Source: an uncultured Verrucomicrobiae bacterium
Lineage (GTDB): Bacteria; Chlamydiota; Chlamydiia; Chlamydiales; Rhabdochlamydiaceae
Assembly (NCBI GenBank): GCA_963718565.1
Contig: OY970364.1
Span: forward strand, 288,001 to 352,000
Length of the DNA: 64,000 nt
Reading direction: 5' to 3'
Positions 19,676-38,609 of the stretch are shown in pieces; positions within the stretch are counted from its first letter, which is position 1, and the number at the start of each line of letters is the position of its first letter. A program made the translations under genes and the position numbers. Under the pieces are notes generated by a model. That model was not told the DNA's origin, did not search any database, and saw only the letters and a program-made list of their open reading frames with translations.

Positions 19676-19948
19676 ATGGCTATGGATGCAAAGTTAAATC
19701 AGACACGACTTTCTGCTGATGCTCCTACCCAGCAAGCATCCAGGAAGAAGCGTCTGTTTAACTCTATTCAGGAATTAAAAGAAGAGCTTAAAAAGGTTAG
19801 TTGGACGACCAAAGACGAATTGAAATTATCGACAAAGATTGTCATTGGAGCAACCTTTCTCTTTGGAATTGGAATTTATCTCTTTGATCTAGTGATCAAA
19901 GGATGTTTGGATTTTATTGCACTCATCGTGCATTTTATTTTTGGCTAA
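19676..19948 (+). CDS. secE: Preprotein translocase subunit SecE
   Basis: ELKKVSWTT motif followed by one TM helix; synteny. Confidence 0.93.
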   Translation: MAMDAKLNQTRLSADAPTQQASRKKRLFNSIQELKEELKKVSWTTKDELKLSTKIVIGATFLFGIGIYLFDLVIKGCLDFIALIVHFIFG

Positions 19949-19962
19949 TGAATTGAGGCGTC

Positions 19963-20511
19963 ATGCATAAATGGTACGTCGTTCAGGTAGTTTCCGGACA
20001 AGAAAAAAAAGTGAAGAAGACTATTGAAGAAAATCGTGAATCTAAAGGGATGGGCGATCTGATTGACTCCGTCTTAGTCCCGATTGAAAATGTCGCTGAA
20101 GTCAAACGTGGGCAACAGAGGGTGAGCGAAAAGAAGCTTTGGCCAGGATATATTTTGGTCAAAATGAATTTGACCGATGACTCGTGGATGTATGTGCGGA
20201 ATACCAATGGCGTGTTAGGATTTCTGGGCGGTGAAAAACCTACCCCTCTTGCGCAAGGTGAAGTGGATGAAATTCTACGAGAGCTCGAAGAGAAGAAAAA
20301 AGGCGTTGTTCAAAAGCACAATATTATGCCTGGAGACAAAGTTAAAATTACAGATGGCGTTTTCGTCAATTTCATCGGGAGCATTCAAGAGGTTTTTCAT
20401 GACAAAGGTCGGCTTAGCGTGCTGGTTTCGATCTTCGGCCGCGAAACTCGTGTCGATGATCTTGAGTTTTGGCAAGTGGAGCAAGTTCCCACGGAAACTG
20501 AATTTTCATAA
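19963..20511 (+). CDS. nusG: Transcription factor NusG
   Basis: WYVVQVVSGQE, PGYILV and KOW motif GDKVKITDGVF. Confidence 0.97.
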   Translation: MHKWYVVQVVSGQEKKVKKTIEENRESKGMGDLIDSVLVPIENVAEVKRGQQRVSEKKLWPGYILVKMNLTDDSWMYVRNTNGVLGFLGGEKPTPLAQGEVDEILRELEEKKKGVVQKHNIMPGDKVKITDGVFVNFIGSIQEVFHDKGRLSVLVSIFGRETRVDDLEFWQVEQVPTETEFS

Positions 20512-20585
20512 CAATAAATTCCTCCTTGCCTCTATACACGATGTGTATAAAAGGAGAATAAATAGATTTGAGGTTTTAACAAACA

Positions 20586-21015
20586 ATGGCAAAGAAAATA
20601 GTAAAACTGATTAAGCTGCAAATTCCTGCAGGAAAAGCAAATCCAGCGCCTCCTATTGGACCTGCTCTCGGCGGTGCCGGAATCAACATCATGGGATTTT
20701 GCAAAGAATTCAATGCAAAAACACAAGATAAAGCAGGAGATATCCTTCCTGTTGAGATTACAGTTTATCCAGATAAATCCTTTTACCTTTATCACCAAGC
20801 AACCCCCTGTTTCTCGTATGATTCTCAAGGAGTTGAACATTGAAAAGGGATCAAAGGTTCCCAATAGGGAAAAAGTCGGCAAACTCACGAAATCTCAAGT
20901 GAGGAAAATTGCCAAAAATAAACTCCAAGATATGCGCGCAGATTCTGAAGAGGCTGCAATGATGCTTGTCATGGGAACAGCGCGTTCTATGGGAGTAGAT
21001 ATTATCGAAGGGTAG
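20586..21015 (+). CDS. rplK: 50S ribosomal protein L11 (one frameshift near 20780)
   Basis: [15 protein letters not shown] and GTARSMG lie in two frames. Confidence 0.95.
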
Positions 21016-21068
21016 ACGGCCCTTTAGAGTCGCTTGAGATATTCTTAAGCGGAGTTTAAAATTCCGTC
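21015..21068 (+). promoter_or_regulatory. Stem-loop upstream of rplA, possible ribosomal-protein autoregulatory site
   Basis: GACGG...GCTTGAG-ATATT-CTTAAGC-GGAG...CCGTC nested stems with a GGAG bulge. Confidence 0.35.
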
Positions 21069-21085
21069 GAATAAAGGAAACCAGA

Positions 21086-21795
21086 ATGCATCGAAGCAAA
21101 AGATTTCGGGAGATAGATAAAATCGTGGATGTGACGAAAGTTTACACCTCGATGAAGCTATCGAAATTTTGAAAAAATGTCCACCGGTGAAGTTTGATCA
21201 ATCGGTGGAACTATCGCTTAAAACAGGCGTCGATGTCCAGAAATCTGAGCAGCTAGTGCGTGGAACAGTATCCCTACCGAATGGTACTGGAAAACGTGTC
21301 GTGATTGTCGTTTTCGCAAAAGGCGATAAGATGAAAGAAGCGTTAAATGCTGGCGCAGACTTTGCTGGAAATGAAGAGCTCTTTGAAAAAATCAAATCGG
21401 GGTGGCTCGATTTTGATGCTGTGATCGCAACTCCTGATATGATGCGCGATCTCGGCAAACTCGCTAAAATTCTCGGGCCGCGTGGGCTGATGCCAACGCC
21501 AAAAGCGGGAACAGTGACAACAGATGTCGCTAAAGCGATTACTGAGGTCAAAGGGGGAAAGATCGAGTTTAAGTCTGATAAACATGGTGTGATTAATACG
21601 ATGGCAGGCAAACTTTCTTTTCAAACTGCGAAGCTCAAAGAGAATATCATCGCGATCCTTTCTGCAATCGTGAGGCAGAAGCCAGCCAGCGCGAAAGGGA
21701 TCTTTCTCAAATCCCTCGCCATTTCTTCGACAATGGGCCCTGGCATGAAGATCGATTTGCAAACGATCACGGAAATTCAAGGAGCTAAAGAGTAA
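21086..21795 (+). CDS. rplA: 50S ribosomal protein L1 (one frameshift near 21148)
   Basis: MHRSKRF start; [19 protein letters not shown] and STMGPG. Confidence 0.95.
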
Positions 21796-21798
21796 GAT

Positions 21799-22317
21799 AT
21801 GAGACCGGAAAAGCAATTACTTCTCGATGAGATAAAAGATAAGATTGCCGGCTCCAAGGCGGTTATGCTCGCCAGCTATAAGCGACTCGAACCTAACGCA
21901 GCGGCAATGTTTCGCGTTAATTTAGCGAAGACAGGCGGCTCTTTAGAGGTCGTTAAAAAGCGGGTGCTCATCAAAGCAGCGCAAGTTGCTGGCATCGCCT
22001 TAGATCCTGCTCTGTTACAAGGACACATTGCTGTTGTCTTTGCCAATGAAGATCCCATTCAAACGACAAAGGCTGTCTTTCAGTTCTCTAAGGAGAATGA
22101 AGAAGTTTTAGAAGTGATCGGCGGAAGGTTTGAAGGCGCTATCTGTACGGCAAGTGATGTCGAACAGATCTCCAAGCTTCCGAGCAAAGACGAAATGCGC
22201 TCCCAATTTTTGGGGACGCTCGAAGCACCGCTTTCGCAAACATTGGCGGTCATTGAAGCCTTGCTCACTTCCGTTATGCACTGCTTGGACAATAAGTCTC
22301 AACAAGTTAACTCTTAA
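21799..22317 (+). CDS. rplJ: 50S ribosomal protein L10
   Basis: VVKKRVL and ISKLPSKDE; synteny. Confidence 0.93.
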   Translation: MRPEKQLLLDEIKDKIAGSKAVMLASYKRLEPNAAAMFRVNLAKTGGSLEVVKKRVLIKAAQVAGIALDPALLQGHIAVVFANEDPIQTTKAVFQFSKENEEVLEVIGGRFEGAICTASDVEQISKLPSKDEMRSQFLGTLEAPLSQTLAVIEALLTSVMHCLDNKSQQVNS

Positions 22318-22349
22318 AAAATAACAAGATCAATCAAAGAGGTTGTACC

Positions 22350-22745
22350 GTGTCTACTCAACAAAATATTGATACATTAATCGAACAACTTAGCCAATTG
22401 AGCGTTCTCGATATGGCAAAACTAAAAACAGCTCTCGAAGAGAAGTGGGGAGTGAAAGCTGCAGCTGCTGCACCTATGATGATGGCTGCTCCTGCTGCTG
22501 GCGCTGCTGCTCCTGTTGCGGAATCCACTGAATTCAAAGTCACTTTGGAAGCAACTCCAGATGACAAGAAAATCGGTGTGATTAAGGTTGTCCGTGAAAT
22601 TACCGGCCTTGGCCTCAAAGAAGCTAAGGACATGGTTGACGGTGCTCCAAAAGTTTTAAAGGAGAGCTGTGCTAAAGCGGAAGCAGATGAGATTGCTAAG
22701 AAAATCACAACTGCTGGTGGAAAAGTGACCTTGAAAGGTCTCTAA
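22350..22745 (+). CDS. rplL: 50S ribosomal protein L7/L12
   Basis: Ala-rich hinge; [20 protein letters not shown]. Confidence 0.97.
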   Translation: MSTQQNIDTLIEQLSQLSVLDMAKLKTALEEKWGVKAAAAAPMMMAAPAAGAAAPVAESTEFKVTLEATPDDKKIGVIKVVREITGLGLKEAKDMVDGAPKVLKESCAKAEADEIAKKITTAGGKVTLKGL

Positions 22746-22762
22746 TTACTGTTTTAGCTAGG

Positions 22763-22812
22763 AAGAACGAAGGGCAGAAGTCATGAAAAATTGACTTCTG
22801 CTTGTCGTTTTT
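22763..22812 (+). terminator. Terminator/attenuator between rplL and rpoB
   Basis: GCAGAAGTCA-TGAAAAAT-TGACTTCTGC stem followed by a T-rich tract. Confidence 0.65.
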
Positions 22813-22930
22813 AGTTTTTCTTAGAATTTGACTATTCGAGAATGCATGTCTCGTGTTAGTAAAGTAGGATCATCGCGAGTTTTAAGCTCGCAAACATATT
22901 ATAAGCTATTTAAGCGTAGGAGCCGTTTCG

Positions 22931-30892
<7,962 letters not shown>

Positions 30893-30896
30893 GGTA

Positions 30897-30962
30897 GAGG
30901 GTTGCAAAACTTCTCGCCAGCAGAAAATCATTTTATGCGGCGAGGAGTTTTGCAATTCCCTC
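30897..30962. repeat. Internally deleted subtype A element; forms a hairpin just after the rpoC stop codon
   Basis: Both ends of the 258-bp element joined together, about 190 bp of core missing. Confidence 0.85.
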
Positions 30963-30966
30963 GGTA

Positions 30967-31184
30967 TATACTGAAGAAACTTCAAAAATTGGTTTTTTTA
31001 GCCATCTGTAACGCCTGTACGAACACAGTCGGCAGGGGATCAACGCAAATTTGCGGCTCTGCGTTGATCCCATCCGCCGTGCTCATGTAGTCTTTAAACA
31101 TATGTCACAAGAAGCTAATTTGTCATTGGCGCCCCGACAGGTCTGAACTTATCCCTGACACGGCTCCTGAAAGATTGGCCTAAT
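30967..31184. repeat. Dispersed repeat, family C (inverted copy about 57967-58193; partial copy 54230-54273)
   Basis: Shares TATACTGAAGAAACTTCAAAAAT and a block of about 130 bp containing AATTTGTCATTGGCGCCCCGACAGGTCTGAACTTAT. Confidence 0.8.
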
Positions 31185-31324
31185 ATTGAATCTGGCGCAA
31201 GGGTAGGCAGGACAGCGAAAAAACCTAACTCAGTAAAACCTTGGCAATTTTCTGCGCTGTCCATCCCTCATCGTAGAGTAGAATGGCCTTTATCCGATCG
31301 CGTATTCGCCCATCGTGCTTTCGA

Positions 31325-32374
31325 TCAGTTCTTAATCGAATTCAAGTGCAGGATTTCATCTTTGGAATAGTTAAACATTTTCTGATGCGCATCACCGCTA
31401 TAATAATTCAGTTGTTTGCTCACACCACGCTCATTTAAGACCCGATCAATATTCTCTTGGTTAAGTCTGCTGAGTTCAGCAGAATCTGTAGCTAGGATGA
31501 AGCCCCATACAGACCAAAATGAAGGGACAAAGGAATGATAGGAGACCGCATGCTGGAAAATATTTTTCAGATTGCGATGGACAGTGAGGTGGTCTTTCCT
31601 TTTCAGATCAAAATTAAATTCCATTGACTGGACAACAACGATGCCGTTGGGTTTTAAAATTTTCTTCACAGAAGCGTAGAACTCCGGTGTATACAATGCA
31701 ACAGCTGGACTGTCATCAAGTTTGTCACAGACATCGATGACAATAATGTCAAATTGATCTTCGGTATTTTCTACAAATTTTTTCCCATCTTCAATGATCA
31801 ATGTGGATTTGGGATGATCAAAAGAGCCTTGATGCCATTCCGTTAAACATTCTTTGCATTGCGCAATCACTTCTCCATCAATATCGACCAATACTAAGCG
31901 CTTCACTGAAGGGTGGCGCAATACCTCTCTTGCGGCAGCACCTTCTCCAGCACCGATAATCAGAACCGATTCTGGTTGAGAATGGAGCACCATCGCAGGA
32001 TGAATCAGACTTTCGTGATAAATATGCTCATCTTTTTGAGAGGATTGCAGTTCCCCGTCGATAAACAGCATCTTTCCAAAAGGAACTGAGCGAATAATTA
32101 CATAATCTTGAAAGGGGGTCTCTCCCATCGATAACAATTCATCAAACTGGAAAAAATGCAGCTCATTCAGATGCTGTTTCAGTGAATCCCTAAACCAGAA
32201 TGTGTGCGAGTCTTTTTCCAGAGTAGATAGCTGATCCTCCTCGATAGGGATAAACTCAATTCCTTCTTCCTCTGAGATTAGTCTCGAATAATAAAAAGGC
32301 GTACTCAGTAACGGACTCATCGATAAAAAAAGCAGCATTGTCATGATCGTTTTCGGGTGAAATAATGATACCAT
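31325..32374 (-). CDS. speE: Spermidine synthase-family aminopropyltransferase
   Basis: TPFQDY, GKMLFIDG, YHESLIHP, VLIIGAGEG, VDIDGEV and FDIIVID. Start is uncertain; the TTG at 32413 lies in a repeat. Confidence 0.88.
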   Translation of the reverse strand: MVSLFHPKTIMTMLLFLSMSPLLSTPFYYSRLISEEEGIEFIPIEEDQLSTLEKDSHTFWFRDSLKQHLNELHFFQFDELLSMGETPFQDYVIIRSVPFGKMLFIDGELQSSQKDEHIYHESLIHPAMVLHSQPESVLIIGAGEGAAAREVLRHPSVKRLVLVDIDGEVIAQCKECLTEWHQGSFDHPKSTLIIEDGKKFVENTEDQFDIIVIDVCDKLDDSPAVALYTPEFYASVKKILKPNGIVVVQSMEFNFDLKRKDHLTVHRNLKNIFQHAVSYHSFVPSFWSVWGFILATDSAELSRLNQENIDRVLNERGVSKQLNYYSGDAHQKMFNYSKDEILHLNSIKN

Positions 32375-32702
32375 ATCGTACTCCAGTTGTAGAGGGAATT
32401 GCAAAACTAACAAAACGGGGTGATTTTCTGGGGGAAATTATTTAGCTAATCAGCTTAATCTCCCCCAGGAAATCACCCCGTTTTGTCAATCTCGCAATTC
32501 GCTCGAAAAATGGCTGCGATTCTGCCTCCATTTACCAATGCAAAAACCCTTATGGCTGATATGATATCTTCTTGCAAAACAAACCACATCAGCCAAAGGA
32601 ACAACCCAAATGAGTCAATTGACAGCCACGTTATCACAGTATTGAAGCAAAATTCAAGAAACACTTTTTCCTCAGCTGGAAGAACAGCTTGATCCGTTGA
32701 TG

Positions 32703-34038
32703 TATAATGGTCCCCAAAATTTAGACCACTGTCTAAGCTAATATCCTCCCAATGCGAGGAGGCCAAAATGGCCAAAACAAAAAAACAATATTCACCGGAG
32801 TTCAAGCTCAAAGTAGTACTAGAAGTGCTCAAGGGTGAGAAGACAGCAACCCAACTCGCTGGCGAGTTGGGGGTACATCCCGTAGTTCTGTCGGAATGGA
32901 AAAAACAATTTATTGAGGCAGGACCTCAGATTTTTGTAAAGACCAGGAGGTCTAGGGATACAGCAGAGGGCAAAGAAAAGGCCGAACTGTTCGAACAGAT
33001 TGGAAGACTCAAGATGGAGAACGAGTGGCTTAAAAAAAAATTGGGGGCTTTGACCTGAATGAAAAACGGGCACTCATTGAACCTCACGATATCAAATTTT
33101 CCCAAAGAGCACAGTGTAAGCTCCTCGGAGTATGTCGATCTGGATTGTACTACGAGCCACAGCAGCCTGGTGAAGAAGACTTGCGACTCATGTGCGCAAT
33201 CGACAAACAGTACCTCGAAACCCCCTATTATGGGAGGCGTCGAATGACAGTGGCAATGAGAAAACTAGGATTTGTCGTGGGACAGAAAAAAGTGCGAACA
33301 GCGATGCAGGTGATGGGGATAGAGGCGATCTATCCAAAGCCGAACCTGAGCGCTGGGAATAAACAGCATAAAAAGTTCCCGTATTTACTGAGGGGCCTAA
33401 TTGTTGATCGTTCCGATCAAGCTTGGGCAGCTGACATCACTTACATTCCATTAACAAAAGGATTCGGATATCTGTTTGCAATCATAGACTGGTATAGTCG
33501 GTACGTGATTGAGTGGGAGCTCTCAAATCTGCTTGATACAGAATTTTGCATGGAGGCATTGCAAAGGAGTCTTTGGCAAAAAAGACCTGAGATATTTAAT
33601 ACTGATCAAGGTGTGCAGTTTACGAGTAGTCAATTCACCGGGAAACTTGAAGAGAATGGGATTAAAATCAGTATGGACGGGAAGGGTCGAGCTCTTGATA
33701 ACGTGTTTATTGAGAGGCTGTGGAGAAGCGTGAAGTATGAAGAAATTTACCCGAAAGGATACGAGAGCATGAAAGAGGTTCGATCGGGGCTGAAAAAGTA
33801 CTTTGAGTTTTACAACAACAAGCGACCCCATCAGGGTCTCGATTATCGAACCCCAGCAGAGGTGTATTATGGGACATAAGAAAAAGAAAGGGGCTTTGCC
33901 CCTTGAACCCCAGCAAAGGGCTGACTGCCCTTTGCAAACCCGTGGGCTTTTGTATAGGGCCCTGGGAGTTAGATTAAACAACAGAGGAGATTAGCTTAGA
34001 TTTCTCGATTTTTGGTCTAGACAAAAGGAACCACTTTA
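32703..34038 (+). mobile_element. IS3-family insertion sequence
   Basis: Imperfect TIRs TATAATGGTCCCC...AGACCA / TGGTCTAG...GGAACCACTTTA; 3-bp duplication ATG. Confidence 0.9.
32768..33879 (+). CDS. IS3 transposase OrfAB (OrfA 32768-33058; OrfB in the -1 frame via A9 at 33032-33040)
   Basis: YSPEFKLKVVLE HTH; WAADITYI, FNTDQGVQF and DNVFIERLW. Confidence 0.92.
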
Positions 34039-34111
34039 ATGGAAAAGCAGCAGCAGCTTGTTACAACTTTAGAATTAGTGCGCATTGAACAATGCGGATC
34101 AGCTGATGAAC

Positions 34112-34410
34112 GTACGTCCTCAAAAACCTATGACATTCAGTGCTTGCCATAGGTCTCCGAGGAAGTATGAATTGAGCGGCTTGTAAAGTCAGAACAAAAC
34201 GCCCAGACCCATTAATAAAACTTTACAGCCTCTCCGGCCACACCTTGACTGGTAGCACGTACATTAACTTCCTTGAAGACTCTGGCAAAAGTTGAAGACC
34301 ATTTCGATCCGTGCCCAATCAAGATCGATAAGTGGTAAGTTTGGCATGGATCAAAATGGTCTTCAACTTTTGCCATGAGTTTTTAAGGACGTACGTTTTT
34401 AAGGACGTAC
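34112..34410. mobile_element. Non-autonomous derivative (MITE) of the IS66-like element
   Basis: Left end (9664-9850, hairpin partly deleted) fused to the right end (12930-13099); last 16 bp tandemly duplicated. Confidence 0.9.
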
Positions 34411-34584
34411 GAAAAAATGTCCTTTTCGCGTTAGTTTTGTAATTCCCTCAATAATACTATCTTTTTAATAATGAACTGTTTATACGATGTAATTTAAAAT
34501 AATTATATTGTATTTACGTAATTATAGATTTAATATATAATATGTATTATATTTTTAAATATTATTAAAACCTAATTACAGCCT

Positions 34585-37500
34585 ATGACCATTAATATTT
34601 CTGAATTGTCTGCTCCTTACTATTTTCCATCTTGGAGAAGATCTCCAGGTCAATGGATATCTCAACAGTATGAAGAGGATTCTCATAAAGTCCAGACACT
34701 GCCAGGGCCATTTAACTAAAAATTTTTGATACCAGATCAGCTAAGATGGCATAATAAATTCCTCAAATTTGGAGGACCTATTATGTCACGCCGTAAGCCA
34801 ATCGACGCCACAATCCTAGAAGCTAGTAAGAATTTTGATGCCCGTGTATTCGCGGAAACCGTCAAGGGAGAGTTTGCAGATTTCCCTGATTATCGACGTA
34901 ATCAAAAACGTGTCTTATATCCAGTTTGGTATTTGACTCTTGTTATTCTCTGCGGATTCTTTTGTGGATGCAATACGATTGAGGAAATCGCTGAATATGT
35001 TTCTCTGCAGGAGGAGTGGTTTTCTTCTCTGCTAGGTGAGGAGCTCTCAGCACCTTCCCATGGAGCGCTCTGGTGGTTTTTAGTGAAAACACCCCCTGGT
35101 GCGCTCAAGCACTACTTGCAAAAATGGTTCAGCAAAATTCCTGCTTCATTGCGCGATCAGCTATTGGCGATCGATGGTAAACGGATGAAAGGCGCAAATT
35201 TCCTAGGCGGTGTCACACACGTAGTGGAGCTATTCGCAGCGGAGGATCGATTATGTCTTGCCGTGGAAAAGGTCCCAAATAAAACAGTCGAAAAGAGCAC
35301 GTTACCAATCATTTTGGAGCAAGTGAATGTAGAGGGGGCGATTATTTCAGGAGATGCACATTTCACCGTAGCCGAATCGGCAGAACAAATCGTTGATGCG
35401 AAGGCAGATTATCTGCTGGCTGTTAAGGACAACCAGCCAACGCTGTGCGCTGAAATGGAGAATTTTTTTGATCAAGCTCACGCAGTCGAATGGGAGGAAG
35501 TCCCCCATTCGTTTCACCAGGAAGTAGATAAAGGCCATGGTCGAATCGACATTCGAGAAGTACGAGTCGTCGAGGACCTGGACTGGTTGCCAAATGCGGG
35601 CAAATGGAAAAACTTAGTCTGTCTCATCGAAGTAAGGTCCACGAGGCAAAAACTTGGATCTACTGCCAATGAGGTATTTAGACGGCTATATATTTCGAGT
35701 CGTCGAGCATCTGCCAAAGATTTTGCTAAATGGACCCGACGAGCACTGGAGCATAGAAAACAAATGCCATTGGGTAGCTGATGTGATTTTTGAAGAGGAT
35801 TATGCATTGACGGATAGAGGGAATAGTGCGGAGAACATGGGGTTGTTTCGACGTTTGGCTATGAACATGGCTGCAGTTGTAGATCCAGAAAGGGGGCTCG
35901 CCTCCGTAAGGCGCGCAGCAACTTTCGGTGGTGGGTACTTAAAGGGAATTTTGGCAACATTTTTCTGTTCGAAAATGTCAAAACATTTTAGTTAAATGGC
36001 CCTGCAGACACTGCTTGGTGATTTTGTAAAAAACAAGGTTCCTAAAATCAAAAAAGGGATTGATGAACTGGTTAGGACTCATCATATTACAAAAATCCAT
36101 GCCCCTTTCCTTTTATTAGATGTTTTTTTGCTCTATGTGGATGAGCACATCGAATTTTATCAGGATTTACAACCATCAAGAGATAAAGAAATAGATGAGG
36201 AATGGCAGCTCGTTAAATATCAAATCGCTAAGAATCGCCATAGTCTTTGGAACAGTAATTCCCTTCAACACACTCTTTTTTTCAAGCGCTTAGAAGGCAA
36301 GTTGTTAAAGGCGGATATTCTTCCCGTAGACTTTAGCAAGACAATTTCCTTATGGTTACAAGTCCTCGCTATAGCTAATGCAACGGATGTCATCTTAACT
36401 GCACTTTATATGAATCCCCCTCATTTTAAAAATGCACTTGATAGCTGTGTTAAATTGCCGCGCGCAGATATAGAACAATGCTTTTATTTAGTTCTGCAGC
36501 AGTTATCGAAAAACCTTTCTTGGGTCGGAAACAAAATCACATCTTTATTATTGCCATACATCCAAGAAAATGAGGTGATAAAGCTTTTCTCGTATTTGAC
36601 TGAAAAAGATGTAAATATAGTCAATGACACACTTACATTTTCAAAAATGCAAACAGCTTTTCAAGAGGTTTTACGATATGGCTCATCCTGCAATCTCTCT
36701 AACAAGGGGGCCATCGCTAGTCTTTACGAGCAAATAGGGAACATTGTGGAGTTGTGCGACCATTTTACGAACATTGTCGGTTTTGTTAAATACATAGAGG
36801 ATAGGGAAAAACAAGGGAAAACACTAGAGGCAATTAGTACCAAGCAAGGCGATACTGTTTACCTTTCACCAGCGCTTCAAAAACCCTTTGTCGATTTTGT
36901 TAAAAACTTTTATGATTGCCATCTGCTTGTCGATGCTTATATCACTCCCTATGTTGTTATCATTCACTATTTACTCCTGTCGCTGGGAAAGTCTAATGAA
37001 GCTTTTGAAAGTTACAAGAATACTGGAATACTTCCTCATCTAGCTGTGCAATGTACTCCTTTTTTACCAGACTTCCCTCAATACAACGAAGAAGTTGTCA
37101 AAGAATTAGAATTAGAGAGCTCTTCTTTTACCCCTAGAAATAAGAAAAAAACTCCTAAAAATCCTAAGCCTGAAAGACAGACTTTTCCTCCTGCGAAAAT
37201 CAATCCTAAACAGCAAAAACAACGACAAAAAACCAAAAAGGACTCTTTTCAGAAAGCAGTGACGCCCAAGGCGAGCCATATTAAGGATAAGACCATGACC
37301 ATGGCTCCTTTGATCTCCGATACAGATCCTTTTGCACCGTTGATGGGCAAACTATTTAAACTCTGCCTTACTTCCTCGAATCCTAATTTGAGGAACACCC
37401 TATGGCATTTAGATGCTCTAGCTTGTGTACAACGCTCTTTCAAAAACTATTCTCTTAAAGATGGATTAGCCCTTTTAGATGTTGTCGGCAATGCTGCTCA

Positions 37501-38524
37501 AAAATCTCTAGAGCAAGCTTATAGTTTTCATCTGAAATACCAAAATAGCGATTGGAAAGAGCACAGTTTAAAGGTTTGTCATCATGCTTTTGATCCCCTT
37601 TCTTCTTGCCCTGAGATTATGATTCAGCTCGATGCATTCAATCAATGGGCGCGCTACTTCTATATCAAACATGCCAATTGGAACTCTTCAACACAGAAAA
37701 GAACTGTACCTCCTCTTCTCAAGGATTTAGTGGACATGGCTGAAGGAGTAGAACGATCTAAAAACCTGTTGCAAACAGAGATTGATAATATCGCCAATAA
37801 AACACGTTCGCACCTGGAAGATCTATTTAAAAAAATCGATGTCCAAAGTCCAGAGACTGAAATTTCAAAGCAAGAGCCTCTTTTAGTCCATGAAGCCCCT
37901 ATTCATTTAGATGTATTGATCGACGTCAAGACGTTTGACAAGACCGAAAAACAACTGGCCTTACTTCTTTCTCAAAGCGCTCTTCATTCTCAACACCCCT
38001 CCTACTTGTATATGAAGCAGGCATTGGCTTCGTTGAAAATGCTAAAAACAAGTCTGCAGATGGTGAATACAGCACAACATACACGTCAATTATCAACATG
38101 GGTATCGTGGAGCGTCCAACAGTTGCAGGAAGTGATTGAGGATGCCTTCCATGCTATTGAATTTCTTCAAAACCATGAAATTAGCATCATCCATGAATTG
38201 AAAACATTATCATCCAAAGTTGGTTTAGAGATGGGAACTCTTGGGGAGGACTTTCATCAATTGTCCTATAAATCACGTTACCCTGCCGATAATCTTGGAG
38301 AAGGGATGGGATCATGGCTCGTTGACAATGCTGCAGCTGCAAGATTTTGCCCCGACCTCATTAATAAATATACCATCTCAAAATCTCAAAAGGCCATTCT
38401 ATGGAAGGCGCCAAGCGAAGAGATTTCTCCAGACAAAATCGTTATCAACCTGGATCGTTTTGCCAAACGGAGCGAGGAATTTTTACGTATCGACGTGCTT
38501 CCTGTACTAGCGAAGTTGCTTTAG
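34585..38524 (+). CDS. Large hypothetical protein with possible tandem HEPN-like domains, interrupted after about codon 39 by ISAs1 (residual ORF 35996-38524)
   Basis: ATG 34585 (MTINISELS...HKVQTL) is in frame with QTLLGDF once the IS and one target copy are removed. Confidence 0.75.
34703..36004 (+). mobile_element. ISAs1-family insertion sequence
   Basis: TIRs CAGGGCCATTTAACTAAAA / TTTTAGTTAAATGGCCCTG; perfect 10-bp duplication CAGACACTGC. Confidence 0.95.
34783..35995 (+). pseudogene. ISAs1 transposase with a +1 frameshift near 35740
   Basis: AIDGK, ISGDA, DYLLAVKDNQPTL and KGHGRID; HWSIENKCHW is in the other frame. Confidence 0.88.
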
Positions 38525-38542
38525 AGGGAATGCAATTCCCTC
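38524..38542. repeat. Collapsed footprint of the GAGGGAATTGC element
   Basis: TA-GAGGGAATGCAATTCCCTC: two TIR tips joined, overlapping the stop codon of the upstream gene. Confidence 0.7.
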
Positions 38543-38609
38543 TCTAAGAATGTTCTCCAATAGTAAGCCAAGACCAGCTATACTGCACCCAGCCAGGTTG
38601 GGTGAGTTT

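Larger units (their letters stand above)
32392..34449 (+). mobile_element. IS5/IS1182-like remnant (subtype B ends) hosting two nested insertions
   Basis: TIRs GAGGGAATTGCAAAACTAAC / GTTAGTTTTGTAATTCCCTC. Removing the IS3 restores MSQLTATLSQY*SKIQETLFPQLEEQLDPLMEKQQQLVTTLELVRIEQ, a transposase-like N-terminus. Confidence 0.7.
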
